Below, piece after piece: positions 48,033 through 57,307 of a stretch of DNA of 64,000 nucleotides. The position numbers were made by a program, and so were the translations under genes. The DNA is taken from the IMG/VR virus record IMGVR_UViG_3300023179_000062, positions 21,487 to 85,486 of that record, one strand, 5' to 3'. The notes below the pieces were generated by a model. The model had not been told where the DNA came from. It saw nothing but the letters and a program-made list of their open reading frames with translations, and did no database searches. The number at the start of each line of letters is the position of its first letter. Position 1 is the first letter of the stretch. Source of the DNA: a virus.

Positions 48033-48784
48033 TGTTAATATCAGGAATATATCTACCTAGCAATTGCGGCAACATCACTCCACAAGTGTTTCAAACTTGT
48101 CCGATGCCTAATAGTCCAGATATTACACAGTCACATATCCCGTATTTCCATCGAAAAATGTGTGATTGGGCGTTTAATATTCCATTAAACTTTCAATGGG
48201 TATTAGTAATTACTGCCAAGAACAAAAACCATCTATTTAATAAAATAAAACAACGTTTACCATCTTTAGAGCCTGCTGGCTGGAATATCGGTATGTCCCT
48301 TGACACTACATGGACAACTGCTACCCAAGACGTTATAGGGTGTATATTTGCTCAAGGTGTTAGTCTACCGGGGGAGACTGTCAATACCGAACACGTAGGA
48401 ATAACAGAGGGTAGTAATAGAGGGTTTATTAATGCTCCAGTGATATCAGGTCGAGCAAATTTTAACAATTTAGAAATTGGGTTTTTGGAAACTAATAGAT
48501 CATTTACCGATGGAGTATTACGCCCTTGGAGCATAGTTGTTGCTCATGAAGGATTGATTGCTAATCAATTAAGTATAAAGGCGGACATTGATGTGTATGA
48601 ACTCGCTAAACATGGCGAATGTTCGCCCACTGTAATAAGAAAAGTGTGGCATTTTAAAGATTGTGCGCCTATCAATATTTCTCCTGAACAAAAAAGTTAC
48701 GAAAGTTCTACAGACTATCCTAAACGCCAAGCAGGATTTGTATATAATAGTTATTCGGTATCCGACATGGGATATAATCCGTAA
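48032..48784 (+). CDS. tail tube-fold protein (gp54/gp19-like)
   Basis: AQGVSLPGE...R..F..L.I.FLET..SF.D...RPW...W.F....P.........F.Y..Y. Confidence 0.65.
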   Translation: MLISGIYLPSNCGNITPQVFQTCPMPNSPDITQSHIPYFHRKMCDWAFNIPLNFQWVLVITAKNKNHLFNKIKQRLPSLEPAGWNIGMSLDTTWTTATQDVIGCIFAQGVSLPGETVNTEHVGITEGSNRGFINAPVISGRANFNNLEIGFLETNRSFTDGVLRPWSIVVAHEGLIANQLSIKADIDVYELAKHGECSPTVIRKVWHFKDCAPINISPEQKSYESSTDYPKRQAGFVYNSYSVSDMGYNP

Positions 48785-48801
48785 CTAAATATATCAACAT
48801 A

Positions 48802-49776
48802 ATGCGGAACACATATTTAATTTGGATACCATCATTACAAAGAAATATTCGATTTAACGAATTAACAAATGAACAGTATCGTATAATTTTGAAAAATGTC
48901 GATGATGACACTCATCTAGATTTTCTTTATAATTTAAACACTATCATAGAATGTAACATGGTAGAGTCTTTTGATTATAAAAAATTCACAATACTTGATA
49001 GATTTGTCATTGTATTGTTTTTTAAAATATTAAGTTATAATTCTTTGCTGGATTTGGTTAAGGAATGTGAAAAATGTGAAAAGGAAGTTCGAATACGCAT
49101 AGACCTAAATACTTTACTTGATAATTTAGGATTAACTATTGATAAATCGTTCAAAACCGTGATAGCCGTGGATAATTATCCCTTACAGATTATATGTGAC
49201 ATTCCTACTATAGAACAGGAGTATGAAAATTTATTATACCATCAAAATAATAATTTATCAAATGACACCACTGATAAAAATATTGAAAAATATTTATTCG
49301 GGTATATCCGATATATTATTAGTGATTCTGTTGTTATTGATGTGGATAAATTATCAATTCCTGAAAAAACAACTATACTTGAAAAGATTCCGATATCACT
49401 TATCTTAAACATCCGCGATATCTTTGCAGAACCACTATATGCATTATTCAATCAAATTGTATTTCTAGATTTGAACTGTAAAGAGTGTGGTACTAAATTT
49501 GAAATAAAAATGGGATCAGACAATATGATATATCTTCTGAAAATGTTTTTCAAAGATAACACTTTAGACGGATTATTAAGTGATTATTTCAATATTACAT
49601 CAATATCACATATGGATAGTTCTTTTTTAGACAAAATAACGCCGAAAGAAACACAAATGTTAGTCAATTTTGCTAAATCAACGTATAAAAAATCGGAAAA
49701 ATCGGAAGTACCAAGTAATTCTATTGATCTTTTCGCAGACGCTGATAAATCTCCCTCGGAATTTGCTGGATTTTAA
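48802..49776 (+). CDS. baseplate hub assembly protein (gp26-like, possible gp51-like C-terminus)
   Basis: IPSL...IRF..LT...DR....L....CEKC...I.L...CKECG; C-terminal YF.......F...ITPKE. Confidence 0.6.
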   Translation: MRNTYLIWIPSLQRNIRFNELTNEQYRIILKNVDDDTHLDFLYNLNTIIECNMVESFDYKKFTILDRFVIVLFFKILSYNSLLDLVKECEKCEKEVRIRIDLNTLLDNLGLTIDKSFKTVIAVDNYPLQIICDIPTIEQEYENLLYHQNNNLSNDTTDKNIEKYLFGYIRYIISDSVVIDVDKLSIPEKTTILEKIPISLILNIRDIFAEPLYALFNQIVFLDLNCKECGTKFEIKMGSDNMIYLLKMFFKDNTLDGLLSDYFNITSISHMDSSFLDKITPKETQMLVNFAKSTYKKSEKSEVPSNSIDLFADADKSPSEFAGF

Positions 49777-49802
49777 TTTTTAAAGAGTTAAATATTAGCT
49801 AT

Positions 49803-50636
49803 ATGCAAGAGATTTCACAGTTTAATGACATTCTAAATCTATTAGAGTCCGCTAATAAGACGTTAGAGTCTAATATTTTTGTTCCTTCTTTGAAAAAAGA
49901 GATAGTATCTAGGACATTAAATGCAAACCACACAAAAAATATAGTAAAAACTACTGTTGAGGGACCGTTTGCCGAAAATCAATTCATATTAGTCATGTAT
50001 AATGTGTTAGCGGATGTGTTAGGTTCAACTATAGACTTGAACACTTTGAATTTATATGATAAAATATTGATTTTGTTGCAGTTGCGCTCTAAAAATATAC
50101 AAGATGAATATAAAATCACTTTCGTATCTGCTGATGGCGAACAGAAAATTGAAAATTCTATTTCACTCAGTAAGCATATTGAAAAACTTAAAAAAAATTC
50201 GCCTAGTTTTGAAACCATAACAGATGGAACGAAGAACGAGGACACAATGGTATATAATTATACATTAAATATTCCATCAATCAAAGAAGAATTTGTCTTT
50301 GAGAATAATTTATACCAAGAAAAGATTTCTAAAATTGACGGAACCAATAATCAACAGTTAAAAACTCTGATTGCTCCGATGTTCTTAAGTCATATTGCAC
50401 CATTTGTCAAAACTCTAACTATAAATGATACCTTAGTCGATCTAGCAGTTCGTAATGTAAATGAGCGTATAGCAATTGTGGAACATTTATCCTCTAAGGC
50501 ACTTCTAGATATTATAAAGAAAGTGGATGATGCCTTTGGTAAAGATATGCAGAATGCTACTAAGGTAACAAAGATTATTGACGGAGTTTCTTATACAGGA
50601 ACCATCAAAATAGATGCTGCATTCTTTATAGAGTAG
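49803..50636 (+). CDS. second gp26-like baseplate hub assembly protein
   Basis: VPSL.K.....L...L.LYDK..ILLQLR.....L..PS...FF. Confidence 0.55.
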   Translation: MQEISQFNDILNLLESANKTLESNIFVPSLKKEIVSRTLNANHTKNIVKTTVEGPFAENQFILVMYNVLADVLGSTIDLNTLNLYDKILILLQLRSKNIQDEYKITFVSADGEQKIENSISLSKHIEKLKKNSPSFETITDGTKNEDTMVYNYTLNIPSIKEEFVFENNLYQEKISKIDGTNNQQLKTLIAPMFLSHIAPFVKTLTINDTLVDLAVRNVNERIAIVEHLSSKALLDIIKKVDDAFGKDMQNATKVTKIIDGVSYTGTIKIDAAFFIE

Positions 50637-51087
50637 GATTCTGTGGAGCAGCCTGTCTAACAGATGTCGGATTTAAATGTCCGTTTAACTGAGTAAATGC
50701 TTGAATGATGTAATTAGTCACATCCACTACATATTTGTCATTTGGATTGGCAGTTTGTAAGTTTTTTAACTGTTTCAAAAGTTGGGTGGACTTAATATTA
50801 CCTACGATTGATTTCCATGCTTGCGAACCTGCATTTTTAGCAACTGAAACATTTGGCTTATATCCACTTTGGGTTTGTTGAGCGGACTGTTGCTGTTGTT
50901 GGGCTTGCTGTGCAGGTTGTGCCTGAACATTAGGCGCTAATTCCTGTACAACCTTCAACTGGAAGGCATTTAATTCATTATTCTCCACCATTTTCGTTAA
51001 TTGGGTGTCAGAATATTTGCCACATTCTACATCATTACGGAATTTATCAGAATATAGGGCTTGTTCATAAATTAAAATTGAGAACAT
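50626..51087 (-). CDS. Gln-rich hypothetical late protein
   Basis: Late box 51094-51099; leader MFSILIYE. Confidence 0.6.
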   Translation of the reverse strand: MFSILIYEQALYSDKFRNDVECGKYSDTQLTKMVENNELNAFQLKVVQELAPNVQAQPAQQAQQQQQSAQQTQSGYKPNVSVAKNAGSQAWKSIVGNIKSTQLLKQLKNLQTANPNDKYVVDVTNYIIQAFTQLNGHLNPTSVRQAAPQNPTL

Positions 51088-51093
51088 ATACTT

Positions 51094-51110
51094 TATTTAT
51101 GAAATAAATA
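51094..51110. promoter_or_regulatory. back-to-back divergent late promoters
   Basis: TATTTA 51094-51099 and TAAATA 51105-51110, each 6 nt from an ATG. Confidence 0.75.
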
Positions 51111-51116
51111 GAATTA

Positions 51117-53225
51117 ATGGCAACAACAACTCCCAATGACTTATTAACCGCGATTGATGCATATATGGCATCGAAAGGTAAAGGTATGGGATATCTAGCG
51201 ACTAGAGTGAGTGAACTTTTCGATGATAAAGATGCACCACTGAATGCTAAAACCGGACCACTAAGTTATATACATGAAATTTTTGACGATCTTCGGTTAG
51301 ATGTTAGATCATTGCATGTGGGTGCTGCATCACCTTTAGCAGTTTTTAGAAAAGAGACAAATTGGCTCAATAGAACATTGAAGTCATTTAATATAAAAAT
51401 CAAAAAAACTATGACTAGTTTAGATTTAATGGATTCTTATATTAAAGCAATGTCACATATCAATACTCCTAGTGGTAAAGGGGCTAGTAACACTCCATAT
51501 AAATTAACCTCTGATGGGTTATTGAAAGTGGCATTATTCGGTACCAAATGGAAATGGCCCGGAAGTCCAATGAATATGTTACCTGTGGTTGTTACAGGGT
51601 TCAGTATAAGTGCATTAACTGCCCTGTCATCATTTACTAATAAAGAGAAAATATTACCAACTTCTTCTAATTCGCCTATAAACAACGCTACTATTAGGCC
51701 CACACAAGTTAACACTGCGGTTGTCAACAATAATGTATCTGGCGAGACATCTTCGGGGGGTGGATGGTTATCTTCTATACTTGGAATTGGTGCTGGTTTG
51801 TTAGGAATTGGATGGTTAAATTCAGAAATGGATGAATCTTCTACTGGTAAAAAAATTAAAGAACATGTAAAGAATTTTATATCTCAAACATTTGATTCTA
51901 TTGGAAAATTCTTATCAGATAAAAAAACAATTAACAAACTTAAAAATGGTATAGCTTCTACATTAAGTGGAGTATGGTGGATTTTAGAAAAAGCATTTTC
52001 TAAAATAATCATTCCAGTGTTTACTGGTCTGATGGATGAAGCGCCTACTATTGCCAAAGCATTATTATTCAAAGGTATTTCGTGGCTAAATAAAATAACA
52101 TTTAAACTCTTTGATCTTAAAAATTGGGAAAAAAATATAAAAGGTTTTTTGAAAAATCCTCCCCCTTTACCGGGAAAAAAGGGCATAGGAGGTATCATAA
52201 GTAAATTATCTGTATTTGTTAGAAAAATTGCTCCTAAACTATTAAAGGGATTGAAATGGATACCCGGTTTAGGCACACTTATATCTGTTGGATTCGGTAT
52301 TGATCGTATTTGGAAAGGTGATTATTTTGGAGGATTTTTAGAAATAGCATCTGGAATAGCATATATTTTTCCCGGTGTGGGAACCGCAATCGGATTGGGA
52401 ATTGATGCTCTTAATATGTTCTTAGACTATAAACAAGATTCTGAACCTAATAAGGGTAAAGCATCTATATTAGGAGGTACCGTTTCAGAAATTTTCTCAT
52501 CTGCTAGAAAATGGATAGAAAATAAAATAGGTAAAAACCTAAAAGATTTACCTATTATAGGTAATTTTTTGAAAATAGGTGAATATATTGATAAAATGAA
52601 AACTGATCCGTTAGGAGGTTTACATGATGTGTTATCTTCGCTAGGAGGATTTATGGTTATACCGGGATTATCATCTACATTAAGTTTTATTAATTGGATG
52701 TCTTCACCAGATAAAGGAAACGATGTATCACAAGTAAAAAGTGATATTAATTCTTGGTATAATCCGTTAAAATTAACCGACAAAATATCTAATTGGGCAA
52801 AATCTTTATATGATTCTGCAACATCTATATTCAATGGTTCACCAGAAATTAAATATACTCCTGATGATATTAATGCGATGATGTATGGGGCAAATAATGT
52901 AAAAGATATTAAAAATATTAAAGCTGAACGATTTAATGATGCAACCGTTATTCAGCCACATTCCAAAGATCAAATCCTAATGGCTAAAAATGGTGGACCG
53001 TTTGATATTGCTATGAAACAAATGAATATATTAATGCGTGATAAATTAGATATGTTAATTGATATTATGACTGCAAATGTTCATGCAACTATTGAAGGAA
53101 GTAGTGCTGTGGTGAAAACTGTTGCATCCACATCTAATAGAGGGGGAGGATCATCTGGAGGATTTAGTTCTTCTCATGATGCTATACGTTCTATGAGAAA
53201 TCAAGTTAATCAAGCTATACGTTAA
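51117..53225 (+). CDS. tape-measure/baseplate hub (gp29-like) protein
   Basis: 702 aa helical, Gly-rich hydrophobic segments (LKWIPGLG.LIS...GD..GG.LE...PG.GTAIG.GID); upstream of gp48 and gp53. Confidence 0.6.
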   Translation: MATTTPNDLLTAIDAYMASKGKGMGYLATRVSELFDDKDAPLNAKTGPLSYIHEIFDDLRLDVRSLHVGAASPLAVFRKETNWLNRTLKSFNIKIKKTMTSLDLMDSYIKAMSHINTPSGKGASNTPYKLTSDGLLKVALFGTKWKWPGSPMNMLPVVVTGFSISALTALSSFTNKEKILPTSSNSPINNATIRPTQVNTAVVNNNVSGETSSGGGWLSSILGIGAGLLGIGWLNSEMDESSTGKKIKEHVKNFISQTFDSIGKFLSDKKTINKLKNGIASTLSGVWWILEKAFSKIIIPVFTGLMDEAPTIAKALLFKGISWLNKITFKLFDLKNWEKNIKGFLKNPPPLPGKKGIGGIISKLSVFVRKIAPKLLKGLKWIPGLGTLISVGFGIDRIWKGDYFGGFLEIASGIAYIFPGVGTAIGLGIDALNMFLDYKQDSEPNKGKASILGGTVSEIFSSARKWIENKIGKNLKDLPIIGNFLKIGEYIDKMKTDPLGGLHDVLSSLGGFMVIPGLSSTLSFINWMSSPDKGNDVSQVKSDINSWYNPLKLTDKISNWAKSLYDSATSIFNGSPEIKYTPDDINAMMYGANNVKDIKNIKAERFNDATVIQPHSKDQILMAKNGGPFDIAMKQMNILMRDKLDMLIDIMTANVHATIEGSSAVVKTVASTSNRGGGSSGGFSSSHDAIRSMRNQVNQAIR

Positions 53226-53245
53226 TAACATGATAAATAATTATT

Positions 53246-54229
53246 ATGGCATCGACATCAGTATTATATAATAAACCTACAGAAGGTGCAAGTTTTTTAA
53301 CTCCTAAAGTGACAGGTGATATTAATGTTGTCGATGATTTTGCATGGACATTATCACCGAAATCAGCTAGGAAAGATGTCCCCTATATATACTTAGAAGA
53401 ATATCAGCAGACTACAGGGCAATTAATCGCATCTTTATCATATTATTCTCGTATCGCAGCTAATTTTGTGGCGGGTGAAACACCAAAAAATGTATACGAA
53501 GTTTATAAATATAAATATCTAGCAGAACCAACAGAATTTAGATATAGATTTCCATATTTCTCACAAGCGAAACATTCTAGGAGCACCAATTTTTCAGGCG
53601 AAGATAGTAAAAATCCTTTCCAATCTAGTATTGATTTAGGAAGAACGATGTTGGGATACGGACAGGGAAGCACTGCACAAGCTTCTCGTTTTTTTGGAAA
53701 AGAAATGGGAAATATAGGTAAATTAGCTACTTTAACAGAAACGGGAATCGCTATAGGAAATACAGTATTGCAGGGTAATATAAATTTCGAATTTCCTCAA
53801 AAATGGGTATCAACTAGTGAAAATTCAATATCAGTTAAATTTCATTTATTTAATACTGTATCATTAGAAGATACAGTATTAAATCGTGATCTTGCATTTA
53901 TATTAACATACCAGAATTCTGCAAGTAGAAGGAACTTTGCATTGAATGATCCGGTTGTGTTATATTCGTTAACCATTCCTGATGTGGTACATTTTCCCGC
54001 ATGTTACATGGATTCTCTCACAATTAATAATATTGGTAACACAAGATTAATAAAACATCAGGGGGTTGAGCGTATTATACCGGAAGCATACGAGTTTAAT
54101 ATGTCATTTAAATCATTATTTATGCCGACAAGAAATATCATGCTTGCACTTGATGATGGTGTCCCGGTGAAAACATTTGGAACATTTGCCGAGTTTAGTG
54201 AAGAGATGGATAGGTTAATATCCCGGTGA
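53246..54229 (+). CDS. baseplate tail-tube cap (gp48-like)
   Basis: FE.PQ.W......V.F.L.NT...P..Y...IP....P.CY...L.I..G...IPEAY...F. Confidence 0.55.
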   Translation: MASTSVLYNKPTEGASFLTPKVTGDINVVDDFAWTLSPKSARKDVPYIYLEEYQQTTGQLIASLSYYSRIAANFVAGETPKNVYEVYKYKYLAEPTEFRYRFPYFSQAKHSRSTNFSGEDSKNPFQSSIDLGRTMLGYGQGSTAQASRFFGKEMGNIGKLATLTETGIAIGNTVLQGNINFEFPQKWVSTSENSISVKFHLFNTVSLEDTVLNRDLAFILTYQNSASRRNFALNDPVVLYSLTIPDVVHFPACYMDSLTINNIGNTRLIKHQGVERIIPEAYEFNMSFKSLFMPTRNIMLALDDGVPVKTFGTFAEFSEEMDRLISR

Positions 54230-54268
54230 AAACATTTGGAACATTTACCGAGTTTAGTGAAGAGACGG
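54162..54268 (+). repeat. 48-bp direct repeat (46/48 identical), period 59 nt
   Basis: 54162-54209 and 54221-54268: tcccggtgaaaacatttggaacattt(g/a)ccgagtttagtgaagaga(t/c)gg. Confidence 0.95.
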
Positions 54269-54298
54269 CTAAGATGCTACCTGGTAGTAAGTAATAAT

Positions 54299-54619
54299 AT
54301 GTCATCACAATTAAACATTTATGATTATGCAAATATTTTCTCCACTTTTACAGACGAAGATGGATATAAGTATTTTGATTTACTTAATAATCTTGTAATT
54401 CAAGGAGAGATTGATTCGGTATTATATAGTGAAATCTTTTATAATGAAAACACTTCTTGGTACGATTTATCATATAAATATTACGGAACAACCAGACTGT
54501 GGTGGACAATTCTAATTGCTAATAATATTATCAATCCTTTCGATGTAAAAACAGGTGAAAGAATAAAAATACTAAGAAAAGAAGTTATATCAGAAATATT
54601 ATCAAATATAAATAATTAA
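54299..54619 (+). CDS. gp53: baseplate wedge protein gp53-like (LysM-like), start corrected from 54236
   Basis: LSYKYYGTTRLWW.IL.AN.I.NPF....G..IKI; TAAGTA box 54288-54293 is 5 nt before ATG 54299. Confidence 0.8.
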   Translation: MSSQLNIYDYANIFSTFTDEDGYKYFDLLNNLVIQGEIDSVLYSEIFYNENTSWYDLSYKYYGTTRLWWTILIANNIINPFDVKTGERIKILRKEVISEILSNINN

Positions 54620-54620
54620 A

Positions 54621-56225
54621 ATGTCCGATATTAATCCCAGTACCTACTCATTTAATAACCAAGACTATGATTTTACAGTGAGATTATATAATGGTATAAA
54701 TGATATATATTTAACAAACACAGCATGGGATGACTTATACTTAGAAGAAGATATTTTTAATCTTTTTATGAGGGGGTCTATCATAATTAATAATCCATAT
54801 AATATATTAGAACGCTCTTCTAAAGAAGCTAGGGACGCGCAAGGAGATTTATTAAAACTTGAATATAAATTTAGAAATGATGGACGCGACACTTTATATA
54901 TCTCAATAAAACCTAAAAGCGACAATATATTAGCAGAATCTCTAAAGGTAAAGTTAGATGATGATAGATGGTTAATTGAATTAGAACTAGTTGTATATGA
55001 AACACAAGATTTACCAAATGATGATACGTCACAAAAAAAGAAAAAATTATTTTTTTGGGAAAAATCTTATCAGATGATGTCTGAAAAAGATTCAGAATTC
55101 TCTACGGCAATAGCTGGTGAAAATGCTAATAAAACTGGACAAGATCAAGCAAATGACGATGCAAGAAGTCTTCCAACAGGTTCAGCATTGAAGGCATTAT
55201 TTGAAAATGATGAATATTTTAAACAACATGTTGAATCTATTCCTGATTCTTCATGGAATATAGGCGACACATCTAATCTATTATTCTACACTTCTCCTAT
55301 TGGAAATAAATTCATTGATGATTTATATGCTATATATAATAACCATGTTGCATCAGAAAGTGAAGGAAGCCAGCCATGTATTTTAAAATTGGAACGTCCT
55401 ACTGAAAAAGGTAAGATGCGTCAATTTACCCTTAAAACAATTCAACAATATTTCAAAGAAGCTGGTAAAGAAGAACCGGGACGTTATCAATTGGAACATT
55501 TTTTTATTAGAGAACAGACTGAGGAAGAGAAGGCTCCCCTTATCAAAAAGGCACCCCTATCCAGCAGTCAATCCAGTGAAATAAAAGGCGATGAATTTAA
55601 TCTAATTCGTAGTTATAATTTGACAGACTTATCAGGTAAAGATTATTCAGTTAATTTAGCAAATCGTCGAATAGTATCATATAATTCATCTGATAGACAA
55701 TGGAATATTGAATCAAAGGTGCATTCTGCTACAGAATGGCAAAATTTTTTTAATGAACGTATTAAACCTAACATACTAGTTTCTTCCAGCATTAAAAATG
55801 ATCCTTTACCTGTAACGCCTTATATAAAATTAGGAGAAAATAGTATAGTGGAGTACTCTACAAGACCTAATGAAAAAGGTCGATATGCAACTGGACGTAA
55901 TAAAATATTAAAATATTTCTTATTTTCAAATCTATCTATTTCATTCACCACTAGAGGTTTAACGCATCGTCAACCGGGTCGATTTTTCGGATTATCTAAG
56001 CAATCGCTTAATGATAAAGAGTATGATCATAAATTAGAAGGTCAATATTTTGTTACAGGAGTTAAACATTATTTCTCCAACACTCAACGTGGATACTACA
56101 CTGAATTAGTTGCAGTTAAAACCCATGTTTATCGTGAAGATATTAAATTACCAGATGGTGATGTTTTTATAATAGGTAAAATACCATTTACCCCTATACC
56201 ATTAAAACCAGTAATACCGGGTTAA
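54621..56225 (+). CDS. baseplate hub protein (gp27-like)
   Basis: L..EEDIF..F..G.I; C-terminal G...R.PG.F......G.YFVT.VKH.F.....Y.T...AVK; located between gp53 and gp5. Confidence 0.6.
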   Translation: MSDINPSTYSFNNQDYDFTVRLYNGINDIYLTNTAWDDLYLEEDIFNLFMRGSIIINNPYNILERSSKEARDAQGDLLKLEYKFRNDGRDTLYISIKPKSDNILAESLKVKLDDDRWLIELELVVYETQDLPNDDTSQKKKKLFFWEKSYQMMSEKDSEFSTAIAGENANKTGQDQANDDARSLPTGSALKALFENDEYFKQHVESIPDSSWNIGDTSNLLFYTSPIGNKFIDDLYAIYNNHVASESEGSQPCILKLERPTEKGKMRQFTLKTIQQYFKEAGKEEPGRYQLEHFFIREQTEEEKAPLIKKAPLSSSQSSEIKGDEFNLIRSYNLTDLSGKDYSVNLANRRIVSYNSSDRQWNIESKVHSATEWQNFFNERIKPNILVSSSIKNDPLPVTPYIKLGENSIVEYSTRPNEKGRYATGRNKILKYFLFSNLSISFTTRGLTHRQPGRFFGLSKQSLNDKEYDHKLEGQYFVTGVKHYFSNTQRGYYTELVAVKTHVYREDIKLPDGDVFIIGKIPFTPIPLKPVIPG

Positions 56226-56263
56226 ATGGTATTTTATTGGTAAAATACAAGATAAATATTTAA

Positions 56264-57307
56264 ATGGCAGAAGTCGTTACAGAACAGTTTTATCAAAGTC
56301 TAAGAGCTAGTCCATCGGGACAACAGCAGACAGGAACTATATTTGATGAACTCCACGGAGCAATGCAGACCTCACAGAACCCCTTAGATCGAACGGTTCA
56401 GATGATTTCTGAAACCCATGGACCATGGTCGGGGGGTTCAAACTCTTTATTCGGGTTCACCACCATGATTGCATCTATTTTAAACATTCCTATTTTAACA
56501 GTTTTATCAAATAAAATTGGGAATGCGGCGTGTGCAGTGGAAAAAGCGATATCATTATTACCTCCTTCATATGTAGGACGAGGAAACACCTTAACGGGTG
56601 CCACAATGAATACCGCACTTCTTAGAGAGTTTGTAACTACTGTTCAGAACATGCATCCGGCAATTAATGAATATATTGCAATGCACCAAGACACTTTCCC
56701 CTACTTTGCTCCTACTAGTGAAGAAGTGGGGTCTTTTGCATATATAACCATCAGAGAAACCGAAACCGATCCTTCTAAATGGGGTAAAAAGAATAATTCA
56801 GGATGTTTAGATAATAATTCTAGAATTCATAAAAATCAGACATTTAAAATGATACCATCTATTCATCAAGGAATGGATACTAGTAATCGTTTAGTTAATA
56901 CTATATTTGTTAGAAATTTGCAAGGAGATAACAACATGGCAGTGTTACATCCTGACTATAGTCAGGAACGGGCCATTGTACATGGTCATAACTTTACCAT
57001 GGATGTGTTTCAAGCAGGACGTAGAAAATCAGCAATGCCGGGATGTCTAGCGGCGATTATCGAATTAGCAGGTGATCTAATACGCTTAATAAATAAATTC
57101 TTCTGTCTATTATCTTTAGGTAGATATGAATTAGAAACATTTAATATCACTTTTGCACAAGGCGGACCAAATGATAGTCCTGTAACAATTGTTGTTGATA
57201 ATAAGGGACGGTTAATATCAACCGCTCCAAAATCAAATACTGTCAATGATCCTACAAACGATAAAATGATAAATGCTAAGACGGAGCATAAACAGGAGAA
57301 ACAATAA
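56264..57307 (+). CDS. hypothetical baseplate-region protein
   Basis: 347 aa; late box 56253-56258; TAATG-coupled to gp5-N. Confidence 0.6.
   Translation: MAEVVTEQFYQSLRASPSGQQQTGTIFDELHGAMQTSQNPLDRTVQMISETHGPWSGGSNSLFGFTTMIASILNIPILTVLSNKIGNAACAVEKAISLLPPSYVGRGNTLTGATMNTALLREFVTTVQNMHPAINEYIAMHQDTFPYFAPTSEEVGSFAYITIRETETDPSKWGKKNNSGCLDNNSRIHKNQTFKMIPSIHQGMDTSNRLVNTIFVRNLQGDNNMAVLHPDYSQERAIVHGHNFTMDVFQAGRRKSAMPGCLAAIIELAGDLIRLINKFFCLLSLGRYELETFNITFAQGGPNDSPVTIVVDNKGRLISTAPKSNTVNDPTNDKMINAKTEHKQEKQ

Noticed and set aside
54162-54268. Diversity-generating retroelement TR/VR pair or CRISPR repeats
   Set aside because: Only two 48-bp copies, mismatches not confined to A on one strand, 11-nt gap, no reverse transcriptase or cas gene in the window
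54236-54298. ORF-track N-terminal extensions (also 38683-38709 and 62685-62762)
   Set aside because: Better starts are supported by late boxes or translational coupling; the extensions overlap repeats or neighbouring genes
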